Positions 18,039 to 28,900 of a DNA stretch of 46,990 nucleotides are shown piece by piece. The DNA is from Candidatus Delongbacteria bacterium. Its GTDB lineage: Bacteria > UBA4055. Under the pieces are notes generated by a model that saw nothing but the letters and a program-made list of their open reading frames with translations, was not told the DNA's origin and searched no databases. How positions within the stretch are numbered: position 1 is the stretch's first letter; every line of letters starts with the position of its first letter. Where the stretch lies: NCBI GenBank assembly GCA_016937995.1, contig JAFGVM010000034.1, positions 1-46,990 on the forward strand, given 5' to 3'. The position numbers and the translations under genes are program-made.

Positions 18039-21000
18039 GTGAAAAGACTTTTAAAGATCGATGAAGAGAATATAACCCGTACAAATCTTAGAATATCATC
18101 AGGTATTTTTACTGTCGTTCTTTTGATCTTCATGGGAATTTACATACCAAAATATTTCTCTGAGTATAGAGCACTTCAGGAAAAAACTGAGAGGGATCAT
18201 GTAACGATCTACAAGAATAAAATGAAAAGTGATGTCCTCCAGCTTAAGAACACTTTAAAATACCGGGTAAGAATTAACAAAGAGAATATCAAAGAAAGTA
18301 TAATCGAACAATCCAACATTTATTATTCCGTAGCTAAAAGTAAATATGAGCATTACAAACTTGGAGACGGGTTTAACAATAAAACGATACTGGATCTGCT
18401 GATAAGAGATTTTTCAGAATTATTTTCAAAAGATAAGACCGGATTAAGTTTTATCGGTTATAATAATTTTCTGGAAATATACAAAGACGGTAAAATTTTG
18501 ATCAAATCCGAATTTGACTGGAGTAAAATAAAAGAGGATCATAAGAATGAAATATTGAATAACAAATTACTTACATTAGAAAATTGCTTCGATAAATTAA
18601 TGCCCGGATCCAACGATCAGCATGTTTACATAAATTATCTTAAAGAGCTTAAACTTTTTGTCGGAAAAATATATTGTGATATCCTGACAACAGAACAGAT
18701 AGAAAATGATATTATCGATGAGATAAACTCATCTTATCAGACTACTCAGGAGGATTACATATTCATTTATAAGATCTTAAATATGGACGGTGGAAAAGAT
18801 TTTGCCAGAATGATCGTTAATCCCAACCGTAAGGACCTGCTGGGAAATTTGATCAGCGATGATTACCGAGATCTGAAAGGTAATTATTTCCGCAGAGAAT
18901 TCATGAAGGGGATCAGAGAGAAAGGTGAAGCATTTTCAACTTATTATTACAAAAGTCCAAAGAATTCTTTAATTTACCCTAAAACCGCATATTTTAATTT
19001 TTTTAAAGAGTTCAACTGGGTTATATCCAAAGGGTTCTATTACGATCAGATAAATAAGATCATAGAAGCTGATACAGTTGAACATCGAAAAAGTTTTGTG
19101 AACAGGATCATCCTTCTGATTTCTCTAATGTTCTCGGCACTGGTTTCTAACTATTATATTTTCAAATTTGTCATGAAAAAGCAGGAAAAGAGGCTTTTAG
19201 AATACAAGAACAGTTTCATAACCAAAAACAATGAACTTCTGGAAGAGATTGAAAGATCTGTCAAACGAGAAAAAAATCTTGAAAGCATGAGCCGGTATAT
19301 AACCGACCTCTACGAACTGATCCCTGTCGGTATAGTTTTGATCAAAGCTTCCGATAAGACCATTGCAAGAATAAATCAGTCCGCTTTGAATATGCTTGGT
19401 TTCAAGAAAGAAGATATCATCGGGAAAAAGTGTAATTTATGCTTTTGTCCTGCTTTAGAGGATTCATGCCCTATAATTGATAAAGGACAAATTTTAGACA
19501 ACTCTGAAAGGTCTATAATTAATTCTGAGAATGAGATCATTCCTGTTTTGAAAAACGCTAAGAAGATAAATATAAACGATGAACATTTTATTTTGGAATC
19601 TTTTATTGATATTACCGATATCAAGAAAACTCACGATGAACTTATTGAACTGAGAGAGAAAGCTGAGCAGGCAAATATTTCAAAATCTCGTTTTCTTGCG
19701 AATATGAGCCATGAGATCAGAACACCGATGAATGTTATCATGGGAATGTCCAATCTACTTATCGGAACAGAAACTGACACCGAAAAAAAAGACCTGCTCG
19801 AATCTATAAAAATATCCTCAGAATCTCTGCTTAATATAATAAATGATATACTTGATCTTTCAAAAATTGAATCGGGAAAATACACTATTGAAAATATCCC
19901 GTTTAATTTTTACAAATTATTATCCAGTATTAAAGATATCAGTATATTTAAAGCTAAAGAGAAAAATATCGAATTCAGTATAGAATATGAAAATGATGAT
20001 GTCCCGAATTTTATTATCGGAGACCAGGTTAAGCTAAAACAAATTCTGGTGAATTTGATCGGGAATGCAATAAAATTCACCGGTGATGGTTATGTAAAAC
20101 TACTCCTGGATTCAAAAATTCTTTCAAATAATGAAGTTCGTATTAAATTTTCTGTAATTGATACAGGAATCGGTATTTCCGAAAAAGCATTGAAACATAT
20201 CTTTGAAAGATTCTCTCAGGCGGATATAAGCACAACACGCAAATACGGAGGTACAGGTTTGGGATTAACCATATGCGAAAAACTTTTAAGTATAATGGGA
20301 AGCAAGTTAGATGTTAGGTCAGTGGAGAATAAGGGAAGTGAGTTCTTTTTCGAACTGTCCTTTAAATTAACCGACAGTACCGGTATAACGACAGAAGATG
20401 AAATTTTAAGCTCTGAACTTAAAGATCTGAGAGGCTATAAAATATTGATCGCAGAAGATAATATTCTCAATCAAAAACTTATCGGTGCGATAATGAATCA
20501 GCAGGATCTGGATTATACAATCGTAAATAACGGTAAAGAAGTTATCGAGATGCTGAATAACGAACAGTTTGATGTTATTCTTATGGATGGACAAATGCCG
20601 GTTATGGACGGACTTGAAGCAACGAAAAATATTCGTAATTCAAAAAATGCTTATAACAATATTCCAATTATAGCACTTACTGCCTCTGCTTTGATCGGTG
20701 ACAGGAAGAAATTTCTTGATGCCGGTATGAATGATTATATCTCGAAACCGATCGATACCGTTGAGCTTTTTGAAAAATTGCTTTACTATACATCAGGTAT
20801 ACCTATAGAGAAGGATGTTTTATCCGAAAAAAATAAGGAAATGTGTGGAACTGATACTTCTGGCGATCAGTATACATTGCTCAACCTCAAAGACTTTGAA
20901 GAAAAAAAGAAAATATTCAGCAAAGATACCTATGTTAAGATCTTGAATATTTTGATCGAGGACATTGATAAGAAATTTGACACTATTTCCTCCTCAGTTG

Positions 21001-21215
21001 AAAATGATGATATGAGCACATTAAAACTTAATACACATAGCCTGAAAGGTATCGTTACAAATTTTGATGTTCCACTGATGAATGAACTTTGCATCGAACT
21101 TGATAATTTAGCAATAAATGAAAATATCAAAATGATAAAGCTCCAGCTCGATAAAATTGAAATGTTATTACCTCAGTATAAAACAGAAATATTAAATTTT
21201 ATGGCTACCTTATAA
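18039..21215 (+). CDS. Hybrid sensor histidine kinase (TM-Cache-like-TM-PAS-HisKA-HATPase-REC-HPt)
   Basis: FLANMSHEIRTPM, NLIGNAIKF, DTGIG, GGTGLGL, AED/LMDGQMP/KP, THSLKG. Start revised to GTG 18039 (GGGGA SD; TTGATA-17-TATTTT at 17931-17959 lies inside the longer ORF). Confidence 0.93.
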   Translation: MKRLLKIDEENITRTNLRISSGIFTVVLLIFMGIYIPKYFSEYRALQEKTERDHVTIYKNKMKSDVLQLKNTLKYRVRINKENIKESIIEQSNIYYSVAKSKYEHYKLGDGFNNKTILDLLIRDFSELFSKDKTGLSFIGYNNFLEIYKDGKILIKSEFDWSKIKEDHKNEILNNKLLTLENCFDKLMPGSNDQHVYINYLKELKLFVGKIYCDILTTEQIENDIIDEINSSYQTTQEDYIFIYKILNMDGGKDFARMIVNPNRKDLLGNLISDDYRDLKGNYFRREFMKGIREKGEAFSTYYYKSPKNSLIYPKTAYFNFFKEFNWVISKGFYYDQINKIIEADTVEHRKSFVNRIILLISLMFSALVSNYYIFKFVMKKQEKRLLEYKNSFITKNNELLEEIERSVKREKNLESMSRYITDLYELIPVGIVLIKASDKTIARINQSALNMLGFKKEDIIGKKCNLCFCPALEDSCPIIDKGQILDNSERSIINSENEIIPVLKNAKKININDEHFILESFIDITDIKKTHDELIELREKAEQANISKSRFLANMSHEIRTPMNVIMGMSNLLIGTETDTEKKDLLESIKISSESLLNIINDILDLSKIESGKYTIENIPFNFYKLLSSIKDISIFKAKEKNIEFSIEYENDDVPNFIIGDQVKLKQILVNLIGNAIKFTGDGYVKLLLDSKILSNNEVRIKFSVIDTGIGISEKALKHIFERFSQADISTTRKYGGTGLGLTICEKLLSIMGSKLDVRSVENKGSEFFFELSFKLTDSTGITTEDEILSSELKDLRGYKILIAEDNILNQKLIGAIMNQQDLDYTIVNNGKEVIEMLNNEQFDVILMDGQMPVMDGLEATKNIRNSKNAYNNIPIIALTASALIGDRKKFLDAGMNDYISKPIDTVELFEKLLYYTSGIPIEKDVLSEKNKEMCGTDTSGDQYTLLNLKDFEEKKKIFSKDTYVKILNILIEDIDKKFDTISSSVENDDMSTLKLNTHSLKGIVTNFDVPLMNELCIELDNLAINENIKMIKLQLDKIEMLLPQYKTEILNFMATL

Positions 21216-21342
21216 GTATATCATTCCCGGAAAAATAGTTGCATTTGAGATTTATTCTAAATAATTCTCTTGACTTAAAGCATAAAATAAATTTATTTAC
21301 CGAACCGAAAATATTAATTTATTATAAAGAAAAGGAGTTATC

Positions 21343-22344
21343 ATGACTATTAAAGTTGGTATCAACGGTTTTGGAAGGATCGGAAGAGTAGTTTTCAGGA
21401 TCATCGAAAAAAGAGACAATATCGAAGTAGTAGGTATTAATGACATCACTGATGCTAAAACACTGGCTCATCTGCTTAAGTACGATTCTATTCATGGCGG
21501 GTTTGACGGTACTGTCGAACATACTGAAAATTCTATAATCGTTAACGGAAAAGAAATTCCTATTACCGCTGAAAGAAATCCTGCTGATATACCATGGGCA
21601 AAATTTGGTGCAGAATATGTGGTTGAATCAACAGGGATCTTCAGAAAAAAAGAACAATGCGAACTACATTTGAAAGGTGGAGCTAAAAAAGTAATTCTAA
21701 CTGTTCCTTCAAAGGATGAAATTGACAACACTATAGTTCTGGGTGTGAACGATGCAGATCTTAAAGCAGATGATAAGATCGTTTCAAATGCTTCCTGTAC
21801 TACAAACTGCCTTGCTCCAGTAGCTAAAGTCCTTAATGATAAATTCGGTATCGTTAAAGGTTTAATGAACACTATTCATGCCTATACCAACGATCAGAAA
21901 ATATTGGATGCTCCTCACAGCGACCTAAGAAGAGCAAGAAATGCCGCTTCAAATATCATACCTACAACTACAGGCGCTGCTAAAGCTGTAACAAAAGTGA
22001 TACCCGCATTGGTCGGTAAACTTGACGGTCTTGCGATGAGAGTACCTGTCGTTGACGGATCAGTAGTTGATTTTACCGTACTGCTTGATAAAACTGTTAC
22101 AAAAGAAGATATCAATGCGGCTGTTAAAGAAGCTGCTGAAGGAACAATGAAAGGAATTCTGAAATACAATACGGACCCTATTGTATCAAGTGATATCATC
22201 GGGAATTCTCATTCCAGCATATTTGATGCCGATCAGACAATGGTCATCGGTGGTAACCTTGTAAAGATCGTTACCTGGTATGATAACGAAGCAGGTTACT
22301 CGAACAGAGTTGTCGATCTTCTTCTCAAAATAGCATCTATATAA
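21343..22344 (+). CDS. gap: Type I glyceraldehyde-3-phosphate dehydrogenase
   Basis: GINGFGRIGR, ASCTTNCLAP, WYDNE; SD AAGGAG. Confidence 0.99.
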   Translation: MTIKVGINGFGRIGRVVFRIIEKRDNIEVVGINDITDAKTLAHLLKYDSIHGGFDGTVEHTENSIIVNGKEIPITAERNPADIPWAKFGAEYVVESTGIFRKKEQCELHLKGGAKKVILTVPSKDEIDNTIVLGVNDADLKADDKIVSNASCTTNCLAPVAKVLNDKFGIVKGLMNTIHAYTNDQKILDAPHSDLRRARNAASNIIPTTTGAAKAVTKVIPALVGKLDGLAMRVPVVDGSVVDFTVLLDKTVTKEDINAAVKEAAEGTMKGILKYNTDPIVSSDIIGNSHSSIFDADQTMVIGGNLVKIVTWYDNEAGYSNRVVDLLLKIASI

Positions 22345-22360
22345 ATTTCAGAACGTTAAC

Positions 22361-22386
22361 GGGGCGATCGATCGCCCCTTTTTTTT
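22361..22386 (+). terminator. Intrinsic terminator of gap
   Basis: GGGGCGATCGATCGCCCC palindrome followed by T8. Confidence 0.9.
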
Positions 22387-22397
22387 ATAGAGGAAAA

Positions 22398-23324
22398 ATG
22401 AATAGATTCATTGTGTATCTTTTCGCTGTATTACCGATGTTATTCTGGTCTTTAACATTTGTTTGGTACAAAATAGTACTAAAATATCTTGACCCCATTT
22501 CTGTAATATTTTTCAGGCTGGTAATAGCGTCCGTAATTCTTATCGTTGTAACGAAATTTTTCATAAAACAAAAAGAGAAACTTAAATTCAGGGATTATAA
22601 ATACATTTTCATCCTTACTTTATTCGAACCATTTCTGTATTTCCTCGGAGAATCTTATGGAATGCTATACGTTTCTTCAACAATAGCTGCAGTGATCATT
22701 TCAATGATACCGGTAGTGACACCCATTTTCGCATTTAAACTGCTGGATGAAAGACTCAACAAATTCAATATTCTCGGTCTCATTATATCGTTTGTCGGCG
22801 TAGTTGTAATAATCGTAAACCCGGGATCGGCATCTGACTTTACGATGAAAGGAATTTTACTTTTACTCTTAGCTGTTCTTGGAGCAGTGGGCTATGGCAT
22901 AACCGTAAAAAAGATCGCAGGATCATACTCATCTTTAACTATCACAAAATTTCAAAGTATATTCGGTACTTTTTTATTTCTGCCGTTGTTTATACTCCTG
23001 GAGTACAACGATACTGTTGTAAATATTTCAAGCTCTGTGACTGACGGTACTTTTTATGAACTGTTCTCAACTCTTTTTTACATGTCATTCTTTGCATCAG
23101 TTATGTCTTTTGTCTTGATCATAATACCTATAAAAGAGATCGGAATTTCAAAAACCAATGTATTTACGAATTTGATCCCTGTTTTCACAGCGGTATTATC
23201 ATATTTTATGCTTGATGAATTTTTTGATACAAAAAAAATACTTGGTATATTAATTGTTATCACAGGAATTTTTCTATCTCAGATGAAAGGTCTGTTCAAA
23301 AAGAAAACTTTGCAGATCATGTAA
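22398..23324 (+). CDS. DMT/EamA-family transporter
   Basis: About 10 TM helices in two EamA repeats (FWSLTF, R, IPV, ER; NLIPVF...E). Confidence 0.9.
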   Translation: MNRFIVYLFAVLPMLFWSLTFVWYKIVLKYLDPISVIFFRLVIASVILIVVTKFFIKQKEKLKFRDYKYIFILTLFEPFLYFLGESYGMLYVSSTIAAVIISMIPVVTPIFAFKLLDERLNKFNILGLIISFVGVVVIIVNPGSASDFTMKGILLLLLAVLGAVGYGITVKKIAGSYSSLTITKFQSIFGTFLFLPLFILLEYNDTVVNISSSVTDGTFYELFSTLFYMSFFASVMSFVLIIIPIKEIGISKTNVFTNLIPVFTAVLSYFMLDEFFDTKKILGILIVITGIFLSQMKGLFKKKTLQIM

Positions 23325-23370
23325 GCTGAAATAAATTCAATGATATTTTTACAACATATTCAATTTTATT

Positions 23371-23400
23371 ATTGATTATCAATTGATAAAAAGTTAATAT
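23371..23400 (+). promoter_or_regulatory. Sigma70 promoter overlapped by Fur-box-like palindromes
   Basis: TTGATT-17-TAATAT; ATTGAT-T-ATCAAT (23371-23383) and TTATCAATTGATAA (23376-23389). Confidence 0.45.
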
Positions 23401-23464
23401 TGTGTAGGCAGTAAATTAACAGGAATAAAACTAAATTATAGCAAGCAAAGTAGGAGGAAAAGAT

Positions 23465-23689
23465 ATGTCAGGAGCTAAAAAAATTCGTTACATATGCTTT
23501 GCATGTGGCAGTGTGATTTTTGCTGATGAGTTGAAACCTGGTGAAGAATGGACAGATGTTACCGATCTACTCTGTGAAGAATGTGAATTCGAGATCGAGA
23601 ACCTTCCTGTTGATATAGATGAAGTTGATGATGATGACCCTATCGAAGAGGAAGAAGAAGATGATGATGATGATAACGAGTTTTATTAG
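23465..23689 (+). CDS. Small Cys4 (CxxC...CxxC) metal-binding protein with acidic tail
   Basis: CFAC...CEEC; D/E-rich C-terminus; strong SD AGGAGG. Confidence 0.75.
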   Translation: MSGAKKIRYICFACGSVIFADELKPGEEWTDVTDLLCEECEFEIENLPVDIDEVDDDDPIEEEEEDDDDDNEFY

Positions 23690-23705
23690 AAATACTCAAC
23701 TTTAA

Positions 23706-24656
23706 CTAACATATTCCTGAATTAATACCAAGAGCAGAAGACAGTTCCATGATCTTCGTTATGTTAGTATTAATTTTAGCATTAATACTCTGATCCCCCC
23801 GGACATAAAAATAATACGCATAATTTCCAAGTGCCTGCATCAGCCTTATTACTCCAAATGCCGGTAATGATGTTCTGAATCCGTTCTCATCAATTGAAAT
23901 ATAATTCTTCAACGATCTAAGATAATGGTCAATTAATTCCTGCTCCATACTTTCATATCTGATCGTTCCGGAACTGTAAATAAAAGAAGCCAGATCATAT
24001 TGCAAAGGACCTTTTCGTCCGGATTGAAAATCTATAAAGAACAAATTATTGTCTTTCAACATCATATTCCTGGACTGGAAATCCCTGTACATGAAAAATT
24101 CAGCCGGTTGATCCAGTACTATGCTGATGATCTTATTCTTAAAATTTTCAAATGTATTAACTTCGTATCTTTTATAGAATTTTCTCAGAAAATATTCTTC
24201 AAATCTTGCAATATCTGTGATCATATTTTCTTTGTCAAAGATCTCCCTTTGATAACAATATGAATAATCAATTTTATCATAAAGCAGATTTTGTATCCTG
24301 GGTAGTTCTTCAATTATCTTAAGATAGATCGTTCTAATAGATCCAGTATCATTATTAAAATTACGGTCATCACAATATTTTTTCACAGTAATATCTCCCA
24401 GATCCTCCAGGATATAGGAACTTTTATCTTCTGACATTGCTATTATAGCCGGCACAGCTATACCCTGCTCCTCAAAAGTTCTTCTAAACTCAAAAAAAGC
24501 AATATTCTCTGCAATATTGTTTCCTTCCACTCCGATCAGAGAACCTTCAGAGTGATCTATCCTGTAAATAATGCGTTCAGAATAATCACCTTTCAATCTG
24601 GTGATGATCACATTCTGAAGCAAAATATTTTCACACAATTTCTCGATCTTTATCAT
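23706..24656 (-). CDS. APH/AmgK-like sugar phosphotransferase
   Basis: GDYSERIIYR, LEDLGD, YRDFQSRNMM, IDFQ, GPLQYDLAS. Confidence 0.8.
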   Translation of the reverse strand: MIKIEKLCENILLQNVIITRLKGDYSERIIYRIDHSEGSLIGVEGNNIAENIAFFEFRRTFEEQGIAVPAIIAMSEDKSSYILEDLGDITVKKYCDDRNFNNDTGSIRTIYLKIIEELPRIQNLLYDKIDYSYCYQREIFDKENMITDIARFEEYFLRKFYKRYEVNTFENFKNKIISIVLDQPAEFFMYRDFQSRNMMLKDNNLFFIDFQSGRKGPLQYDLASFIYSSGTIRYESMEQELIDHYLRSLKNYISIDENGFRTSLPAFGVIRLMQALGNYAYYFYVRGDQSINAKINTNITKIMELSSALGINSGIC

Positions 24657-24658
24657 AT

Positions 24659-25987
24659 CTAAAAGAGAATATCCAGATAGTTGTTCTTAATTGATATATA
24701 TGTCTTTTCTTTTGTTGCTTCATCAGCCTTTATCACTTCAGAAATACCAACTCCCTGAATAAATATTACAATTTCCCCATCCATGATAACTTTAAGTTTA
24801 TCTCTGAACAATTTAGGTATTTTTTTATCTGAAAGGATCTTACGAATTTTCTCGGATTTCGATTTTCCAAAAGGAATAAAAGAATTTTCGATATCAATAC
24901 TTTTAATATCAATACTGTTGTTGATCTTACTTTTATCAAAGTAAAGGTCAGAATTTCTTTCATTGGAAATGATCAGATCTGAGATATCTTTGAGTTTAGT
25001 TGAATTAACGAGCAAAATGTTGTTGCCTGTGATCTCAAGATCAAATTCCTGAACCTGTAATACATTTTTTTTATTATCTGCAATGTGAGCTAAAATCAGA
25101 TCAATATTCTTTGTATCAATGTTATAATAAGCCCCTAAAAGTGATATAGCTCTGTTCAAAATACTTTTTTTAATTACCACATCTTCCTGCAAAAACTTTT
25201 CTTTGTTAATGATGATAATTCCATCGTATTCTGATCTGATATATGAGATATCATCTAATCGTTCATCTACGACCTTATCCAAATATCCTGTAACTTCACT
25301 TATATGGTTCGATAGCCTGTTTATTGAATTTCTTATATTTCTGTTAAGCTCGGATTCTATCAATGGAATGATCTTATTCCGAATTTTATTCCTTGAAAAG
25401 TCATTTTTGAGATTTGATGAATCGGTTACGTAATCAATTTTATTTTTCTCAGCATAATCAAGAATGTCAGATTTGGATACTTCCAGTAACGGTCTGACAT
25501 ATTTTCCTCTGAGTTTTTTTATTCCCTCCAGGCCTTGCAGACCTGAACCTCTGAAAATATTAAAAAGGACTGTTTCAACATTGTCATCGCCATGATGCCC
25601 CAGAAGAATATAGTCATATTGATTCAATATTGTATCGAGATTACGATACCTTAATTCTCTGGCAGCTGATTCAATGCTGATATTCTTTCTTTTTGAATAA
25701 GTTTGAACATCCAGATCAATTGTTCTTAAATTTTTACCAAGATGTTTAAACTTAGATATGATAAATGATTTTTCCTGAGAAGATTCCTTTCCCCTAAGAT
25801 TATGGTTAAAGTAGATAACAGCAGGAACGGGCAACCTCATTTCCTTGCAAATAAATAGAACAATATCAAGCAGAACAGCTGAGTCTACTCCTCCGCTGTA
25901 AGATACTGCAAGTTTCGTTTTACTGTTAAAACTGGGCAGAATTTTTAAATTCTTCTCCACGATTGATTTCAATTCATTACCTGGCAA
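24659..25987 (-). CDS. tilS: tRNA(Ile)-lysidine synthase
   Basis: SGGVDS PP-loop, ESAARELRY, GHHGDDNVET, VRPLL, DSSN...RNKIR. Confidence 0.96.
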   Translation of the reverse strand: MPGNELKSIVEKNLKILPSFNSKTKLAVSYSGGVDSAVLLDIVLFICKEMRLPVPAVIYFNHNLRGKESSQEKSFIISKFKHLGKNLRTIDLDVQTYSKRKNISIESAARELRYRNLDTILNQYDYILLGHHGDDNVETVLFNIFRGSGLQGLEGIKKLRGKYVRPLLEVSKSDILDYAEKNKIDYVTDSSNLKNDFSRNKIRNKIIPLIESELNRNIRNSINRLSNHISEVTGYLDKVVDERLDDISYIRSEYDGIIIINKEKFLQEDVVIKKSILNRAISLLGAYYNIDTKNIDLILAHIADNKKNVLQVQEFDLEITGNNILLVNSTKLKDISDLIISNERNSDLYFDKSKINNSIDIKSIDIENSFIPFGKSKSEKIRKILSDKKIPKLFRDKLKVIMDGEIVIFIQGVGISEVIKADEATKEKTYISIKNNYLDILF

Positions 25988-28900
25988 AGATCAATTTCCC
26001 CTTTTTCATAATTGTCTTTCCACCATGGAACTTTAGCCTTAAAATATAAATATAAACTCCGTTACCGGGAATATCTCCATCATCATCTTTTCCGTCCCAT
26101 TCACAGTACTGGAACGAATCAGAGTAATTTACAGGACAATCTTTTAATGATTTAATTTTTCTTCCGTTGACAGTATAGACAGTTATCGTATACGAATCTA
26201 TACTGGTAGTACCGTAAGTTGTAAATCCAAAAGTAGTGCCATTATTCTTTACCGGATTTGGATAATTTAATAAATTACCTATCCATGCACTTGTCGTATC
26301 TTTGGCATTTGTTACAATAAATTCATCGATGACTTCGTTGTAATTGTTTGATGTATCCCATGCTGAAGCTTTGACCAGATGTTTACCTGCGGATAAGTTA
26401 AATAACTGATATTTAGTATACCCCGACTTATATGTGTCCAGATCGTACTGGAAGAATTCATTCAATTCTATCACATCACCGTCAACTTCCATCATCATTT
26501 TATGCCCGATCCCGCCTGAAGTGTTCACACCGTTCTCGTCACTGATCCTGACATAGAATATCGTATTCGGGTCAATAGGATCACCCGGTACATAATTCAA
26601 GCTGTTATAAAGTACATTCAGTTTTGGAGGTATCGTATCTATCACTGCTTCTGCTGACTCACCGACAATACTGACATTCCCGGTAAATCCTGAGAACTCA
26701 TCCTTATCGGAATTATAAGCATAGTAAAGGATTTTACCTTTGTTTTCACCATATGTGAGATCCTTGGGCAGAATAAATTCTGTATTACTCTGTCCGAAAT
26801 TAATAGATGATAGAGCTGAAAGGATAACCTTGCCCGGTAAAGTATAATTGAGCGTACTGTCAACATCGGAATCCCAGTGCTCTTCGTTAAAATACCTAAT
26901 ATCCCTTTCAGAATCAATTATCATAGTATTAAGAATACCGCTTGTACTCTGTATATCAAGCGAATCAGGAATTATCAAAGTCGTTGAGATAGTGTCCAGT
27001 TTCAGTGTGACAAGTCTCACTGAATCAGGTGCCTGTATCACTTTTTTATCCTTGAATAATTTCAGAGCAGGATCACCCAGTAACATGTATGCGCCTGAAT
27101 TATCACTAATATATTCCAACTTACCTTTCTTCAGAGCTTCTCCGATTGTAAGTTTATTGTTTTGATCTTCAAATGTTTTTTTAAGAATTCTTGAAACCAG
27201 ATTTTCATTACTGCCGATAGTAACAGCAGAGACAGCATTTATAAGTCCTATACTTCCTTTGTTCCTGTCTGTAAGCATTCTTTCTGACAGGGATCTGGTA
27301 TAAGGATCATTAAATACCCCGAAACTGCAGGTTGCACCAATCTGAAAGAAGTATCTGTTATAATTATCCAGCAGTGAGTAATTACTTGAGGTCAATAATT
27401 TTTCATGAGCCATCTGAGTTGGTGCTCCATGTCCTACGTATATAAATAAATTAACTCCTTCATGCAGTTTCCTTAATAATTCATCCGCAGCCCTGGGTTT
27501 AAGATACAAACCTGTTGAAGGGGAAAATTCAAAAGGGAACTCTGTTAAGTATAGTTTATCTGCGAATATATTATCCGGAACCACAGGCACAATAATATCT
27601 TCAGTATTATCTATATGGTCTGTCTCTCGCCAGGTGGAACGGTCAGGATTTCTTTCATCATCAACTGCCAGCAGCATTCTTGTATTCATATTCCCGAGAT
27701 TATTATTGTTGATATGACTAACAGTTTTCTCTATTATATTTTCAAGTTCAGTTAAATTCCTGACTGCAAATCTTCCGATCGATACATTTGGAGTAGAAGG
27801 GGTTAAAGAATTAAGATTGGCATAAAAATCATCAGATCCGGCTGCACGGTTAAAACCACCGGAAGCACCAAATTCAACGTCTGACGGGAATATAAAATTC
27901 TTTTCGCTCAGATTTAAGATTCCTTTAAAATCATAATTTCCGTCTGCACCTATCAGAATAAATTCAGATCCCCAGTTCTCAGACGCATATTTTATAAAAT
28001 TCCTAGTTGCAGAAGGTTCCTGGTATCCCCTTCCGAATTCATTGTTCACATCCTTTATATTAACAACTTTTATTGAGTTTACTTTATCTTTGGCATTAAG
28101 ATGTGCCTGGATCAATCCCCCGTTATCATTGTTGTAATGATCATAAAATTCGTCAGGAGAAATTATCACCATATCAAAATTATCATTGATGGAATGTAAC
28201 GTTGTTCTGCCGTTGCTATAATCCAGAACTTCCAAATTCACAGGTGTCTTATAAATACCGTTCCATAGAAAATAATGATTTAGCTGATCAACTGGAGCTA
28301 AGATACATTGATCACTGTCCAGAGTTGAAACTCTAACGTTCAACGGATCGGTAACATCAAAAAGTTTTTTACCATTCGCCTGACCCAGGTTAAACCGGTA
28401 ATTCTGCCCCAGTATCAAATCTGAAACAAAATATTCATTTTCAGTGTCTGCGGTCACACTTCCATTGTAATGCACTTCGTAACTGTACAAATATTTTTTA
28501 TAATCTTCGGTCAAATTACTCATTTTGAGAGTATTGGTCTGGTCTGCCAGAAACTTATCAGCCGGTAAAGTGTACTGAAAATCAATGGAGGTAGATGAAT
28601 ATTCTGTCGTAGGATCATTGTTAACTGTATACTTCATTGATGCATAACCCGGATAAACATTAGCATGTAATAATTTTACTGTCACAGATCCGCTCGGATC
28701 AATGTTCTTTACCGGGAATTGATATGTGGCAGTTTCAAGAGGGTAAATACATCTGGTATACCAGTGGTGTTTATAATCGGTATAAAGTAACTGGTCTCTG
28801 TTATCAAAAAAATACGGTCTGATAAAACTGTTGATATCGGTATATACCGCTTCATTATTTTTCAACTCCTTAACCCTTTTACCTTCATCCACTTCTCCTG

